Notes: a model not told the origin generated them from the letters alone. A DNA stretch of 64,000 nucleotides from Candidatus Latescibacterota bacterium (GCA_965248435.1 OZ252100.1:4960001-5024000), one strand, 5' to 3'. Counted from the first letter of the stretch, positions 50,330 to 61,293 are shown. A program made the numbers and translations.

Positions 50330-53035
50330 CTACCAAGGCTCGGATAACTTCTCAACAACATCCCTGCGTGCGAGTACTCGCGAGCAGAGCTCCCAACGGT
50401 CTTTGTCCGGATCGATCGTGCCTTGATATCGCATCTCGAAGACGTCTCGCGCTTGTTGGCGAAGGTGGATGTACTCATCCATCATCTCCTCGAGCATCTC
50501 GACGTTCTCGATCCACTCGTCCTCAATGGTATCGGGGAGGCCGCCGAAGATGTCGTATCGGTCTTTCATGCGTCGCGAAAGCACCTGATAGACCTTCTCG
50601 TCTTGGGTGTCGTGATAGACCAAGTTAAGCATGTCTACAGTGCGGCGCGCCTGGCCGATGCGTTTGATCCGGCCCAGCCGCTGCTCGAGGCGGGACGGGT
50701 TCCAGGGTAGGTCGACGTTGATCAACGTTCCCAGTGTCTGCAAGTTCAAACCCTCACAAGCCGCATCGGTCGCAACGACGAGGCGTATCTCCCGTTTCTT
50801 GACCGCCTCCTTGATTTCCTCGCGCTTGACAGCAGCGAAATCCTCGCCCCGAAACAGCCCACTCTTGCCAGTGCCCGCATAGACGCCTATGACCTCTCCG
50901 GGAAGGAGCTTCGCGAGCTCAGCACCGATGAAGTGCGCCGTGTCGTAGTACTGGCTGAAGATGATGCACCCGTGCTCGAGCCACGTCTTCCCATCGGTAC
51001 GATGTTCGGTGAGGAAGTACTGGACTGCCGCCAACTTAGGATCCCGCGCCTCCGGTCGCGACAATTCTTCCACGATCGTTCGCAGATGAGTCGCTTCGTC
51101 CGGACTCATCTCGTCCATCGCCTGCTCCACCAATCTCGTCTGCTCTTCCTCTTCGAGTTCCTCACGCTGCAACATCTTTTCCGCGGTCGACCGCCCCGAC
51201 GCAAAACTCGAGCAGATCCGCTGAAGCAGGAGTGTCTTCATGAATCCCGCCGCCTTGCTCCGCTGCCTCAAGGCCTCCGTAAACGCCTCCGCGGCCTGGT
51301 ACGCAAGGTCGAAGGGGTGATTCGTCAGCAGGCCCAAGCCGCTAAACTGGACACCGGCGTACGCTGTAGCGGGTGAATCCGGGTTTGGATGTACGTCGGC
51401 TCCGACCTTCTCAAGGAGGCCAGCCTCTTCGAGTGTTTGGCGACGCCGTAGGACGGTATGCCGGACCACCGGGTTGTGCTCGCGGAAGAATTCTGGAGCG
51501 AGTGCCTGCCCGATGGCTTGCTGTTCCAGGAAGCCGAGCGACCCGAAACCCCGATCGGTGAAGAAGGCTTGCTCGCCGACCCCTAAATGGAGGCGTAGGT
51601 TCGCAAACAAGGCGTCTTCGTCGCCGTGCGGCAAGGGGTTCCGCAGCCATTCCCACGCCTCGCGTTCTTCAACTAGCGCCTCATCTCCTTTGACGAGCGG
51701 CAGCGCCCTCTCCCAATTTCCCCACCGATCGAAGAACTCTCGGCCGAGGACAAAATCTGCGCCTCCGTTGAGGATTCGGAGAAGGTCCCAAAGTTCGTGG
51801 ACCTCGGTCTGGATCGGGGTGGCCGTCCCCAGCAGGAGGTTCCTTGTACGCGCTGCAATTCGGAGCATGAAGTCCAGAAGGTTGTTCGCTTCCCGCTTCT
51901 TCTCTCCAAGCCCTCCGCGGCGTCTCGCCCTGTGCGCCTCGTCGAGGACAACCGTCCCGAACTTGCGCTCAAGCAGGTGCTCCCGTTCATCAGAGTCGTG
52001 AAAGATCAGCCCGGTCGAGACAATGGCGATGCGAAACGGGCAGCGCGTGACGTCCTCGGGACCCCGCGTCCTGATGATGTGCCCCTTCGTATCAATCCAC
52101 ACCTTCTTGGTGGAAGACCAGACAGCACTCGGGATACCGAGTCTGTCAGTCAGCTCCACCTGCCACTGGAGCGTCAGGGTCGACGGGCACAGGATGAGCA
52201 CCGGCCCGTCACCCATGATTGCAGAAATCATCGCACTGGCTGCGAGCGAGAGCGTCTTGCCGACTCCGACCTCGTCGGCAAGCAGCAGCCGAGCGCTTCC
52301 GTATGTCTCTCGGTGCTGAAGGAACATGGTCACAAAAGAGCGCTGCCAGGGCTGGAGCTGCTCACCAGCGCGGTAGATCGGACTCTCGGCGAGAGCCGCC
52401 CCAGGGAGCTCCTCGGGACTCGCATCTTGGAACCGGATCTCGACCCGGTCGGCGACGCGCTTGATTTCCTTGAGGATGGCTTCGGGGAGCGGGTAGGAAT
52501 CCTTCCAGAGCGCCTCGAACTCCTCCTCGACCCAGGTCACGCCCTCCATCGAGGGATCTTCCCACAGGATCTCATAGTTGTGTGCGAATGCGCTCTTCGT
52601 CTCGTTAATCGAACCCAGAAAGCACGTTTTGCTGCCGTCCGGACCTTCGATGACACCGGCCTTGCCGTGAATGAAGATCCGGTCTTTGGGAACAACCCGA
52701 ATCTCAACTCGCCCGCTGGTCAGGAGCTCATGCAGGCGGCGATAGCGGTCCCGGTGCAGCAGCGCTTCCACCTCTGAAGGCGCTTCGTACCAGCGTTCCT
52801 TCAGGGCGGTCTCTCGAACGTGCTTCGAGATGACGACATCGGCAGCGTCGAGCTCGCTGTTGCAAACGATCTGAACCTTCGGGACTGCAGCGATCTCTTC
52901 ACCCACCAACTCGAAGATGGAGCTACGGAAATAGCCCGCGATGCGTTTGTAGGAGCTCGCCTGTTTCAGCCTTGCACTGAGAAAGGCATGGTCGAGCCGT
53001 TGGCGGCGGGAGGAAAAACGATTGATTTCGCTCAC
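50330..53035 (-). CDS. Phospholipase D-like nuclease / SNF2 helicase (restriction-like anti-phage system)
   Basis: FIHGKAG...GSINE; LADEVGVGKT, DEAH, TATP, TDAACEGLNLQ, QRLGRI.RIGQ. Confidence 0.9.
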   Translation of the reverse strand: MSEINRFSSRRQRLDHAFLSARLKQASSYKRIAGYFRSSIFELVGEEIAAVPKVQIVCNSELDAADVVISKHVRETALKERWYEAPSEVEALLHRDRYRRLHELLTSGRVEIRVVPKDRIFIHGKAGVIEGPDGSKTCFLGSINETKSAFAHNYEILWEDPSMEGVTWVEEEFEALWKDSYPLPEAILKEIKRVADRVEIRFQDASPEELPGAALAESPIYRAGEQLQPWQRSFVTMFLQHRETYGSARLLLADEVGVGKTLSLAASAMISAIMGDGPVLILCPSTLTLQWQVELTDRLGIPSAVWSSTKKVWIDTKGHIIRTRGPEDVTRCPFRIAIVSTGLIFHDSDEREHLLERKFGTVVLDEAHRARRRGGLGEKKREANNLLDFMLRIAARTRNLLLGTATPIQTEVHELWDLLRILNGGADFVLGREFFDRWGNWERALPLVKGDEALVEEREAWEWLRNPLPHGDEDALFANLRLHLGVGEQAFFTDRGFGSLGFLEQQAIGQALAPEFFREHNPVVRHTVLRRRQTLEEAGLLEKVGADVHPNPDSPATAYAGVQFSGLGLLTNHPFDLAYQAAEAFTEALRQRSKAAGFMKTLLLQRICSSFASGRSTAEKMLQREELEEEEQTRLVEQAMDEMSPDEATHLRTIVEELSRPEARDPKLAAVQYFLTEHRTDGKTWLEHGCIIFSQYYDTAHFIGAELAKLLPGEVIGVYAGTGKSGLFRGEDFAAVKREEIKEAVKKREIRLVVATDAACEGLNLQTLGTLINVDLPWNPSRLEQRLGRIKRIGQARRTVDMLNLVYHDTQDEKVYQVLSRRMKDRYDIFGGLPDTIEDEWIENVEMLEEMMDEYIHLRQQARDVFEMRYQGTIDPDKDRWELCSRVLARRDVVEKLSEPW

Positions 53036-53340
53036 ACGTCCTCCAGCGTGTGCCAGTCTTCAGGGGCTAGACCTCGGAGGAATGAACCCACGATGTCCAA
53101 CACACGTTGCTCAGCTGCGTACTGGATATGCTCTCGAAGGCGCAGCTGCTTCTCTGGTGCGCTAGTATGCCACCAAGCGCCAAGAATAAGCGGGAGTGCG
53201 GGATTCCAATCCCCGCCTTCCCTCCGTTTGCCTGGCAGCATCTCCCAAAGCGCTTTCCAATGCTGCGGCTGCGGGCAGACCCGCCGCTCAGCCTGAACAT
53301 AGGAAAGAAGACTCGTGAGGTTTTCAGAGTTGTTTGCCAT
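53032..53340 (-). CDS. Small Trp-rich hypothetical protein
   Basis: 102 aa, tightly packed between the methyltransferase and helicase genes; RVCPQP..W, PLIL.AWW. Confidence 0.7.
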   Translation of the reverse strand: MANNSENLTSLLSYVQAERRVCPQPQHWKALWEMLPGKRREGGDWNPALPLILGAWWHTSAPEKQLRLREHIQYAAEQRVLDIVGSFLRGLAPEDWHTLEDV

Positions 53341-53344
53341 CGTT

Positions 53345-56300
53345 TCACCCGAGCCGCTGGTTCTTGACCAGCTCGCGGAGTACGCGCGCGGCGCTCGCTT
53401 CTTCGGGGCGCAAGCTCTCAAGTCGGTTGGCGAGGTAATCGGCGAGCTCCACGGCGAGCTCACGCTGGGTCAGGTCGCCGTAGTAATTGGGCACGTTGAG
53501 CATGAGGTGGGCCAGTACCTCGCTCCCGTCCACGTTCTTGACCAGCTCCATCAGCGCGAACAACGCGGCCCGCAGTACCGATTGGTGAAGCTCGGAGCCG
53601 TCGCCCATTTCGGCGCGGGCAAGCTCAACCGCACTCTTGAGCCGCGCGTTGTTGGCCTTGTGGCTGCCCATCAACGGTTTGAAGTCGCGTACCTTGAACG
53701 ATTTCGCGAAGTTCTGGTAGTTGTCGAGCGTCTTCTGGCCTCTGGCTTCAAGGTCGAGCATCTTCAAATAGAAACGCTCAGCGGGAAGCAACTTGTCCCA
53801 TTGCGACTTGGGAAGGCCCCGGGGTACAAGGCACTGGTTGGCCGTATCCACGGCGAAAGCGATCAGGCCGTCGACGAAGGTTGTCTCGCCCCTGACACGC
53901 GGCCGGACCGCTTCCGCGGTCATATTGCGACCGTCTATGATAGCGTAGCGGGTAAGCACACGCAGAGCCGCCGCGTAGCCCGCCATTTGGATGTCGGCGT
54001 CTTCAAAGACGTTCTCGTCGCGGTAGAGGCCCTTGGCCTCTTGGTTCAGGCCGGAAAGTGCCTGTACCTGTGATTCGACTTCCTCCTGGATCTCCCAAGC
54101 GAGGTCATCGCGAGTCGTCTTGTGCATCCCCTCGCGCTTGCGCAGGACGAGGAGGACCGTTCCTTTTACGTAGCTTCCTTCGCGGAGGACGCTGTCCGTC
54201 TCGGTGACCACGTACCAGGCCGCAGTGACGCGTAGCCCGGCCGCCCACACGATGTTCGCCATGTCAGCCCAGATCGAGCCGGATTGATGAGTGAACATAA
54301 TGATCAGGATCCCATTGTCCGGCATGCATTCCGTCATACGCCGATATGCGGTCACCATCCCGCGCCGGAAGTCCTCGTCTTCGCCCTTGATAGCGAGCGA
54401 GCGGCGACTGTCCCAAACCCACTCAGCGAATTCGGGGTGCGGATTCTTGCGCAGCCAAGCAATGAAGAATTCTAGTATCTCGTCATAGTTCACTGCGTCG
54501 CCGTACGGTGGATCAGTTATGCACACGTCGAAATTAGCCGACACGTCCGCTGCCGGCTGGCAGGCTATTTCCCAATCACCATGTGAGACGCTGTGAGGAA
54601 AGGCCCCGCCAAAAAGTTCGAGAAGCGGAAAACTCGCTCGGCACCCATAGTTATAGAATGTGTTGAGTGCTTGGTTGTAGTAGACGTGGGCAGGATTATC
54701 GCTTGCACCTCCCGTCCGGCCGCCTTCGCCAGACTTGCTCGAGCCAGCTTTCGAAGTAGTCCACTGGCACAGTTTGCTTGTATAATCTAGGATTCGGGCG
54801 AGTAGCAGGGTGTGCTCACCGCCGGTTGCTTCTCGCCTCAGCATGCCGAGCAACATCAGGTGCCGGGGCGGGAATAGGTGATGCCAGTACGTCCAGCCTC
54901 GCTCGCGCAATAGGCGCGTTGTCTCCGCGCCAGGTTCGATGCGCATGTCCGGCAGCCATCCCTTGCTCTGCCATTCCGTAAGATGTCGGGCGACGAATTC
55001 CTCGACAACTCGCTCTCGGTCAAGATCGTTTTCCGATACGGACCGGAACTCGTAGTCAAATTGTTTGCCCGTTTTCTTGCTTCTCATCCAATGAACAGCA
55101 TAGAGACGCTCCTGAAAGAGGTCGTCTAACCGCGGTTTGAAATCCGAATTTTCCCAAAGCCGCAGCCTGTTGTCAATTGTTCCGTCAGAAGTCCGGTGGT
55201 CTCCACGCAATGTAGAAATCTTCGTTCGATACTCTAGGCCATCAACCGTGTGTATGAGATAAGGCTCCCGACCTCGGCCGTCGTTTTTCACCGTTCCCTT
55301 CGATGCGGCTGCCATTTCCGCTTCTGACGCACCGGACCGCACAAGAATGTCGTAGCATTTCTCTGGAGCGCGCGGTTCGAGTTCTGCAATGGCCCTGTTT
55401 TTGAAGCTGAGTATTCTGGAAGGAATCAATGGTACTTTCCATCCAGTTTGCGGACAGCGCACCTCAAGACAGTAGAGGTAGGCCTTCGCGCGCCAACCAT
55501 CACCGTCAGTCTCGATGCCCAGCTTGTCAATCTCTGCATTCACTCTACGTACAAGCTCCTGCTGGGACTTAGCGAGTATCTTTCTGCTTTTTTCCGTGCC
55601 ACCCACGATATTCAGGGCTCCCCAGGTGAGCATGCACGCGACAGGGTTCAATTCCGAAGCGTATACGTCACAGCCAAGCCTTGCCGCCTCGAATGGAATC
55701 TGTCCAGATCCGCAGAAAGTGTCGGCGACTCGCGTGCGGTGGCCAAAGCGCATTATGCCGAGCTGTTCAATCAACTCCGGAAATGATTGGGCGCTTGTCC
55801 CGAGGTGGGAGTTTACCGCATCCCAGATGTGGACGTGCACTGTGTCCATCACCTCTTCGGGCCGCTTCGCCGCGCCCACTCGCTCCCGATACGGCCTCCT
55901 GGGAAGTGCTTGCGCCACGAGCCTGCGTCGCTTAAGCTCAGGCAAGTCCTTGCGCCAGGAAACCTTGATCCCGTCGTACTTGGGATTGGACCAGTCTACT
56001 GGCGCGGATTCAGGCAGCACTCCCTGCGGATCGACCGTGAAGTAATCGGTGATTCGAGCAATAGAGATGGCTTCGAGAATCACCTTCGGCTTTAGGCGGC
56101 TCTTCCACCGAGCGACAAAGGACTCGTCGTCCATTGCCATCAGCTTTTCAAAGATCTCGAGGTCCCGGGGAGAGTCATCAGTCGCCGGCAGCAGGCAACC
56201 GAGGATGCACGCCTTGCTTAGGAGAAGCGGCTTCCGCCCCTTCCAATAGGCACCGAGTTTCACAAGAGTTTGACCAGTGCCCGCCTTTCTTTCCTTGAAC

Positions 56301-56389
56301 ACCTCGGCGGAGAGCTTCTGCACAGGCAGCAGGTGCTCGATAAGGGCAGGTGTGTCCTTTAGAGAGAACGGAGTAAGCATGTCATTCAT
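53345..56389 (-). CDS. DUF1156-domain adenine DNA methyltransferase
   Basis: LGAYWKGRKPL, DTFCGSGQIPFEA (SAM binding), ELNPVA, TDPPY catalytic motif. Confidence 0.9.
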   Translation of the reverse strand: MNDMLTPFSLKDTPALIEHLLPVQKLSAEVFKERKAGTGQTLVKLGAYWKGRKPLLLSKACILGCLLPATDDSPRDLEIFEKLMAMDDESFVARWKSRLKPKVILEAISIARITDYFTVDPQGVLPESAPVDWSNPKYDGIKVSWRKDLPELKRRRLVAQALPRRPYRERVGAAKRPEEVMDTVHVHIWDAVNSHLGTSAQSFPELIEQLGIMRFGHRTRVADTFCGSGQIPFEAARLGCDVYASELNPVACMLTWGALNIVGGTEKSRKILAKSQQELVRRVNAEIDKLGIETDGDGWRAKAYLYCLEVRCPQTGWKVPLIPSRILSFKNRAIAELEPRAPEKCYDILVRSGASEAEMAAASKGTVKNDGRGREPYLIHTVDGLEYRTKISTLRGDHRTSDGTIDNRLRLWENSDFKPRLDDLFQERLYAVHWMRSKKTGKQFDYEFRSVSENDLDRERVVEEFVARHLTEWQSKGWLPDMRIEPGAETTRLLRERGWTYWHHLFPPRHLMLLGMLRREATGGEHTLLLARILDYTSKLCQWTTSKAGSSKSGEGGRTGGASDNPAHVYYNQALNTFYNYGCRASFPLLELFGGAFPHSVSHGDWEIACQPAADVSANFDVCITDPPYGDAVNYDEILEFFIAWLRKNPHPEFAEWVWDSRRSLAIKGEDEDFRRGMVTAYRRMTECMPDNGILIIMFTHQSGSIWADMANIVWAAGLRVTAAWYVVTETDSVLREGSYVKGTVLLVLRKREGMHKTTRDDLAWEIQEEVESQVQALSGLNQEAKGLYRDENVFEDADIQMAGYAAALRVLTRYAIIDGRNMTAEAVRPRVRGETTFVDGLIAFAVDTANQCLVPRGLPKSQWDKLLPAERFYLKMLDLEARGQKTLDNYQNFAKSFKVRDFKPLMGSHKANNARLKSAVELARAEMGDGSELHQSVLRAALFALMELVKNVDGSEVLAHLMLNVPNYYGDLTQRELAVELADYLANRLESLRPEEASAARVLRELVKNQRLG

Positions 56390-56393
56390 CCCA

Positions 56394-57660
56394 TTACCCG
56401 ATCCGCTGGTTGCTAATGAGTTCGCGAAGCACCCGCCCACCGCTCGCCTCTTCGGGGCGCAAACTGTCAAGCCGGTTGGCGAGGTAATCGGCGAGCTCCA
56501 CAGCGAGCTCACGCTGTGTCATGTCACCGTAGTAATTGGGCACGTTGAGCATGAGGTGGGCCAGTACCTCGCTCCCGTCCACATTCTTGACCAGCTCCAT
56601 CAGCGCGTACAGCACGGCCCGCAGTACTGATTGGTGAAGCTCCGAGGCGTCGCCCATCTCCGCGCGGCCGAGCTCCGTCGCACTCTTGAGCCGCGCGTCG
56701 TTCGCCTTGCGGCTCCCCATCAGAACCTGGAAGTCGCGTACCTTGAACGCCTTAGCGAAGTTCTGGTAGTTGTCGAGCGTCTTCGCGCCCCGGGCCTCCA
56801 GGTCGAGCATCTTCAAATAGAAGCGCTCAGCCGGAAGCAGCTTGTCCCAGTTCGACTTGGGGAGGCCCTCCGGTACGAGGCACTGGTTGGCCGTATCCAC
56901 GGCGAATGCAATCAGCCCGTCCACGAAGGTCGTCTCGCCTTTGACACGCGGCCGGATCGCCTCGGCGGTCATGTCGCGGCCGTCGATCACGGCATAGCGA
57001 GTGAGCACACGCAGGGCCGCCGCGTAGCCCGCCATCTGGATGTCGGCGTCCTCGAAGACATTCTCGTCGCGGTAGAGGCCCTTGGCCTCCTGGTTAAGGC
57101 CGGAAAGTGCCTCCACCTGCGCTTCGACTTCCTCCTGGATTTCCCAAGCGAGATCGTCGCGGGTGGTCTTGTACTCCCCTTCGCGCTTACGAAGGACCAG
57201 GAGCACGGTGCCCTTGACGTAGCTTCCTTCGCGGAGTGGGCTGTCGGTCTCGGTGACGACGTACCAAGCCGCGGTGACATGAAGTCCGGACGCCCAGACG
57301 ATGTTCGCCATGTCGGCCCAGATCGAGCCAGACTGATGAGTAAACATGATGACCTGGATGCCATTGTCGGGCATACAATCGGTCATCCGTCGATACGCGG
57401 CAACCATCCCTCGGCGAAAGTCCTCGTCTTCACCCTTGATCGCGAGTGACCGGCGGCAGTCCCACACCCACTCGGCAAACTCGGGCGGCGGCCTCCTGCG
57501 AAACCAAGCGACGAAGAAATCCAGGATCTCCTCGTACTTCACTGCATCGCCGTATGGCGGATCAGTGATATATACGTCGTTAACATCATCAAGTTGCTCG
57601 GCAGAAGCCGCCTTCACTGCGTACTTGATGTTGCCTGGGACCGGGAACCACTTGTAGTTC
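56394..57660 (-). pseudogene. 5'-truncated second DUF1156 methyltransferase (C-terminal ~410 aa)
   Basis: Highly similar to 53345-54520 from TDPPY to the stop; SAM-binding half absent. Confidence 0.85.
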
Positions 57661-57714
57661 TGCAGCCCTCTTTTGTCAGTATATCTGCCCGGATAAGGAA
57701 GTCGTTAAAGCGTA

Positions 57715-59296
57715 TTGCCGGTTCGAAAATGGTTGTCCTTTCTTCCTTCAATAACTCACTCGTCTGTTTCGAAGAGGGAATACGAAAAGGCAAAACAGGA
57801 ACTTGTGCGGCGCGGTCTGGTTGCGCTTGGAGCGGGAAAGGGTGGTAGCATTCGTCGTAAGCACAACGTGGAGAATAGCGATGATCAGTACTATGCTAAG
57901 ACGCCTATAGCACAAATGCAAGGAAATCAACCGGCACATGCTGAAGTTGGCGCTCCAACTACAACGGAAACTGACGAACTCAATATATCTGAGGACGAAG
58001 ATGATGAGAGCAACGAGGAAGTTGAAGCCCCCGCAGCTGCGGGTCGTCACATCTTTTCGGATAAATCTGATCCAAGCGTCTCAGAGCCTCTACATACGCT
58101 ACAAGGAAGGGGATCTTATCCTTCAGTCGGATTTTCAGCGTCAGTTCGTTTGGGACGTTAGTAAGTGCAGTCGTTTGATCGAATCAGCCATTCTCGAAGT
58201 CCCTCTCCCGATGATATATCTAGCCGAAGAAGAAGATGGACGCGAAGCTGTAATCGATGGGCAGCAGCGTCTCACGGCCTTCTTCAACTTTCTGGATGCG
58301 GTCTACGCTCTGCGGAGCATGACAGTTTTGCAGGAGCTAAATGGAAGCTATTTCAAGGATCTTGACCGCGCCATCCAGAACAAGATCAAGCGTTGCTCCC
58401 TTCGAACAACGACTATCAAAAAGGAATCAAGTGAGAACCTGAGATTTGAGATTTTTGAAAGACTAAATACTGGAGCAGTTTCACTTAATGACCAGGAGCT
58501 TCGCAACTGCATCTTTAGGGGCCGGTACAACGAGCTCTTGAAGGAGCTTTCGCATGATTCCGAATTCCGAGCTGCTGTGGGTATCAAGCGCGTTGAGCGA
58601 CGAATGCGCGATGTCGAACTGGTGCTGAGATTCGCCGCATTCTTTCACGCTTCCTATTTGAACTACAGACCGCCCATGCGTCGATTTTTGAACGACGATA
58701 TGAAGCGATTCCGTGAGATCTCGAGATCAGATGAACAGGAACTTCGGACCGCTTTCAAGAATTCTGTAGCCATCATCAGGACCTTGTTCGGAAAGCACGT
58801 GTTCAGGAGACTGTATAGGGGAACATCCGAGGAGCACACAGGGGGGTGGGAACAGAAAACCTTTAGCGCATCGCTCTATGATGTTTTGATGTTCAGTTTC
58901 GCCCGTAGTGACAAGAACACCGTCTATCGCAATCTCGATGAGATCCGAGAGACGTTTCTTGATCTTTTGACGCAGAATGACGAATTCATTGAGACGATTG
59001 AAAGAGGTACAAGCAACAAGGTGATGATCACCCGGCGCTTTGATCTATGGAGGACGGCGTTAGAGAAATTACTAGACCACGAAACTACGCCCGAGACGCG
59101 GTGCTTTTCGTACAAGCTAAAGGAAGAGCTGTATGAGAATGATCCTACGTGTACACTGTGTGGACAGCGGATCCAAATGATTGATGATGCGTCCGTTGAT
59201 CACATCGAGCAATATGCCCATGGTGGCCGGACTATACCGGAAAACGCGCGACTAACGCATCGATACTGTAACTGGGCACGTGCGAGGAGTGATTGA
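57715..59296 (+). pseudogene. DUF262 (GmrS-like) plus HNH endonuclease, frameshifted near 58081 and probably 5'-truncated
   Basis: FQRQFVW, IDGQQRLT, IFERLNTG; C..C...DHI...GG.T..EN..L.H..CN; one extra base joins DPSV to QSLYIRY. Confidence 0.8.
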
Positions 59297-59407
59297 TCCG
59301 CCAAGATGCCTTTTGAAATCCCTATCATTGCAGGGGCTGAGCGAGAGATGGCAGATCTAGTCGATTGCTGAATAGAAACGCTTGAAGAGATACGATTCTA
59401 AACACGC

Positions 59408-59449
59408 GCCTGGTGATCAGTACTTCACCAGGTGTTTATTTTTCTCTTT
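59408..59449 (+). terminator. Probable terminator
   Basis: GCCTGGTGA/TCACCAGGT stem followed by a T-rich tract. Confidence 0.55.
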
Positions 59450-59482
59450 TGGCCGTCTGCGGTCTGTGGTCTGCCGTCTGCT

Positions 59483-59524
59483 CTTCACCACGTATTAATC
59501 TCATGCCCATTCCCCGGAAACCAT
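59483..59524 (-). repeat. Displaced 42-bp copy of the 3' end of the DUF6785 gene (61899-61940)
   Basis: 39/42 identical; both copies encode WFPGNGHEINTW-stop; the three differences are synonymous. Confidence 0.88.
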
Positions 59525-59676
59525 GAAGGCCCGTATTTCGTATCTCGGGGCGATTGACCTACCCTTCAACGGACACAGCCCGACCGCCTATTTTCTCTTG
59601 ATTTGTTGTTTATTACCGACTTAGAGCAATTTTCCAGACGTCTGGAATATTGGGTTATAGATCGAATCGTTGTTTT

Positions 59677-61293
59677 TTAGTGATTTAGAACAATTTTCCA
59701 CGCGCGTGGAATATTCGTTGATCGTGAATCGTGGATTCTAACTCCCCGCACTAAAAGGAAGTGGCCCAACGCCTGAGTAATGGAGTTTAAAAGCCGAATG
59801 CTAGAATAGGATATGAGCTTCAGTGTCTCAAGACGGCTTTTAAAACTCCGGAGATCGTGGATCGTAAAAACGCGTATCTCGTATCGCCGGGGAATGCATC
59901 GTTTCCGTGGCCCTCCGCCTCTTTCCGCTTTTCTCCGTGATCCAGCCTGTTTGCCATCGCCCTCGCTTGCAATTTCCTGAAGACATGAAATCTTCCGAGC
60001 GGATTCCCGCGCATCCCCTTCGATGAGGCAATAAAGCTCCAGTTCCTCCGGACATCCGCAGGGTCGCCGCCACAGGCCTGCTTTTGTGAGCGCTGCTTCC
60101 AGAGCCTTTCTCTGTGAAGCGTCCCGCACCAGGAAGTAGAGTCCGGCGGGGAGGTCATCCACGCGGTGAACAAAGATGGCCAGATGAATATGAGGCTTCC
60201 AGGGAAGCGTGCTGAACGGAATGTTTCCTGGGACGGCCAGGGTCTTTTGAAGGATTCGATAGAACGTGTCTCGAGAGATTCGAGTCTCTCCGTCCATCGC
60301 CACGGCACTCCGGCGTTGGCGAATCATCTTGCGAAGAGAAACAGGACGAATGTCCAAAGACCACGGCTTCGGTGGACTTTTAAACGGTTCATACGGGCTC
60401 GAACCACGCCGCTTCCGAGCCGCCTCTGCAATTTCATCCATACCCCATTCAACGTGAGACGGACTCAGTTGATTGGGACGGCCACGCCAGTCAAGAGACT
60501 CGAAAGTCAGAACATGGTCCTGGGGCAAACCTGCTTCATTCGCCTCTTTTCCAACCGGACCTATGGCCAGCAGCACATCCGGCTCTTCCGGCTCGGCGTC
60601 GTGATCACGAAATGTGCCCGTGAGCATCGCCAACTCATCCGTGCTCAAATCGTCCAGCATCCACGCGTGCCAGCCAAGCCCGGCTGCGGCGATACTGACA
60701 GCCCCGATGGCGTGACCGGCATCGTGCTGGCAGTAGCGATAGGCGCGCTGACCGTACTTCCAGGCCTCTCGCCAGTGAATGGAAGTGAGTCCTATGAAGA
60801 GTGTGTCCTTCGGGAATTTCACGCAGAGGTTTTCCCATAACTCCAACCCGAACTCTGCCCGCACCTCCAACCCGTGTTCCCTGGGTGCATAATGGCAGAC
60901 CATGGGCTTGTCGCATAGTGCTTCTACAGGACCGCAGATCAGGTAGGCCTCGGTCGGATGCAGATTCCCACTGGAAGGATTGACGCGTAGTGCCCAACGG
61001 GTCTCGCCCGTGCTTTTCCAGGCAGATATCGCGAGGCTATCGTAGAAGAGTTGAGAAATGCTTCGCAAGTTCATCGGAACGGGGGGGATTCGGCCCTGAA
61101 TAAAGGCATCGTCGTATCGCGGTTCATCCGTGGGTCCGATTTTCTCCAGAGGTACCAACCGCGCGCCCTCATACCGACGAAAAGGGTTCGGCTGAGTGGC
61201 CCAATCCAAATATCCCGGGCTCCTGGCAAAGCCCTGGAAGTGATGCTTTGTGGCCTGGTGATAATCGAAGACGTTTTCGAGCGGGTCGGTCAT
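59677..61293 (-). pseudogene. SagB/ThcOx-family nitroreductase, 3'-truncated near 59959
   Basis: YHQATKH, LDWATQP.PFRRY, NPSSGNLHPTE, WREAWKYG.RA.RY; after CLQEIASEG the frame runs into repeat-derived sequence. Confidence 0.75.

Larger units (their letters stand above)
44082..59450. other. Defence island (~15.4 kb)
   Basis: Cluster of defence-type genes, AT-richer stretches, no copies of the host repeat family, no integrase. Confidence 0.8.

Noticed and set aside
53345-57617. Invertible shufflon or DGR explanation for the two methyltransferase copies
   Set aside because: The copies are direct, not inverted; no recombinase or reverse transcriptase; differences look synonymous rather than adenine-specific
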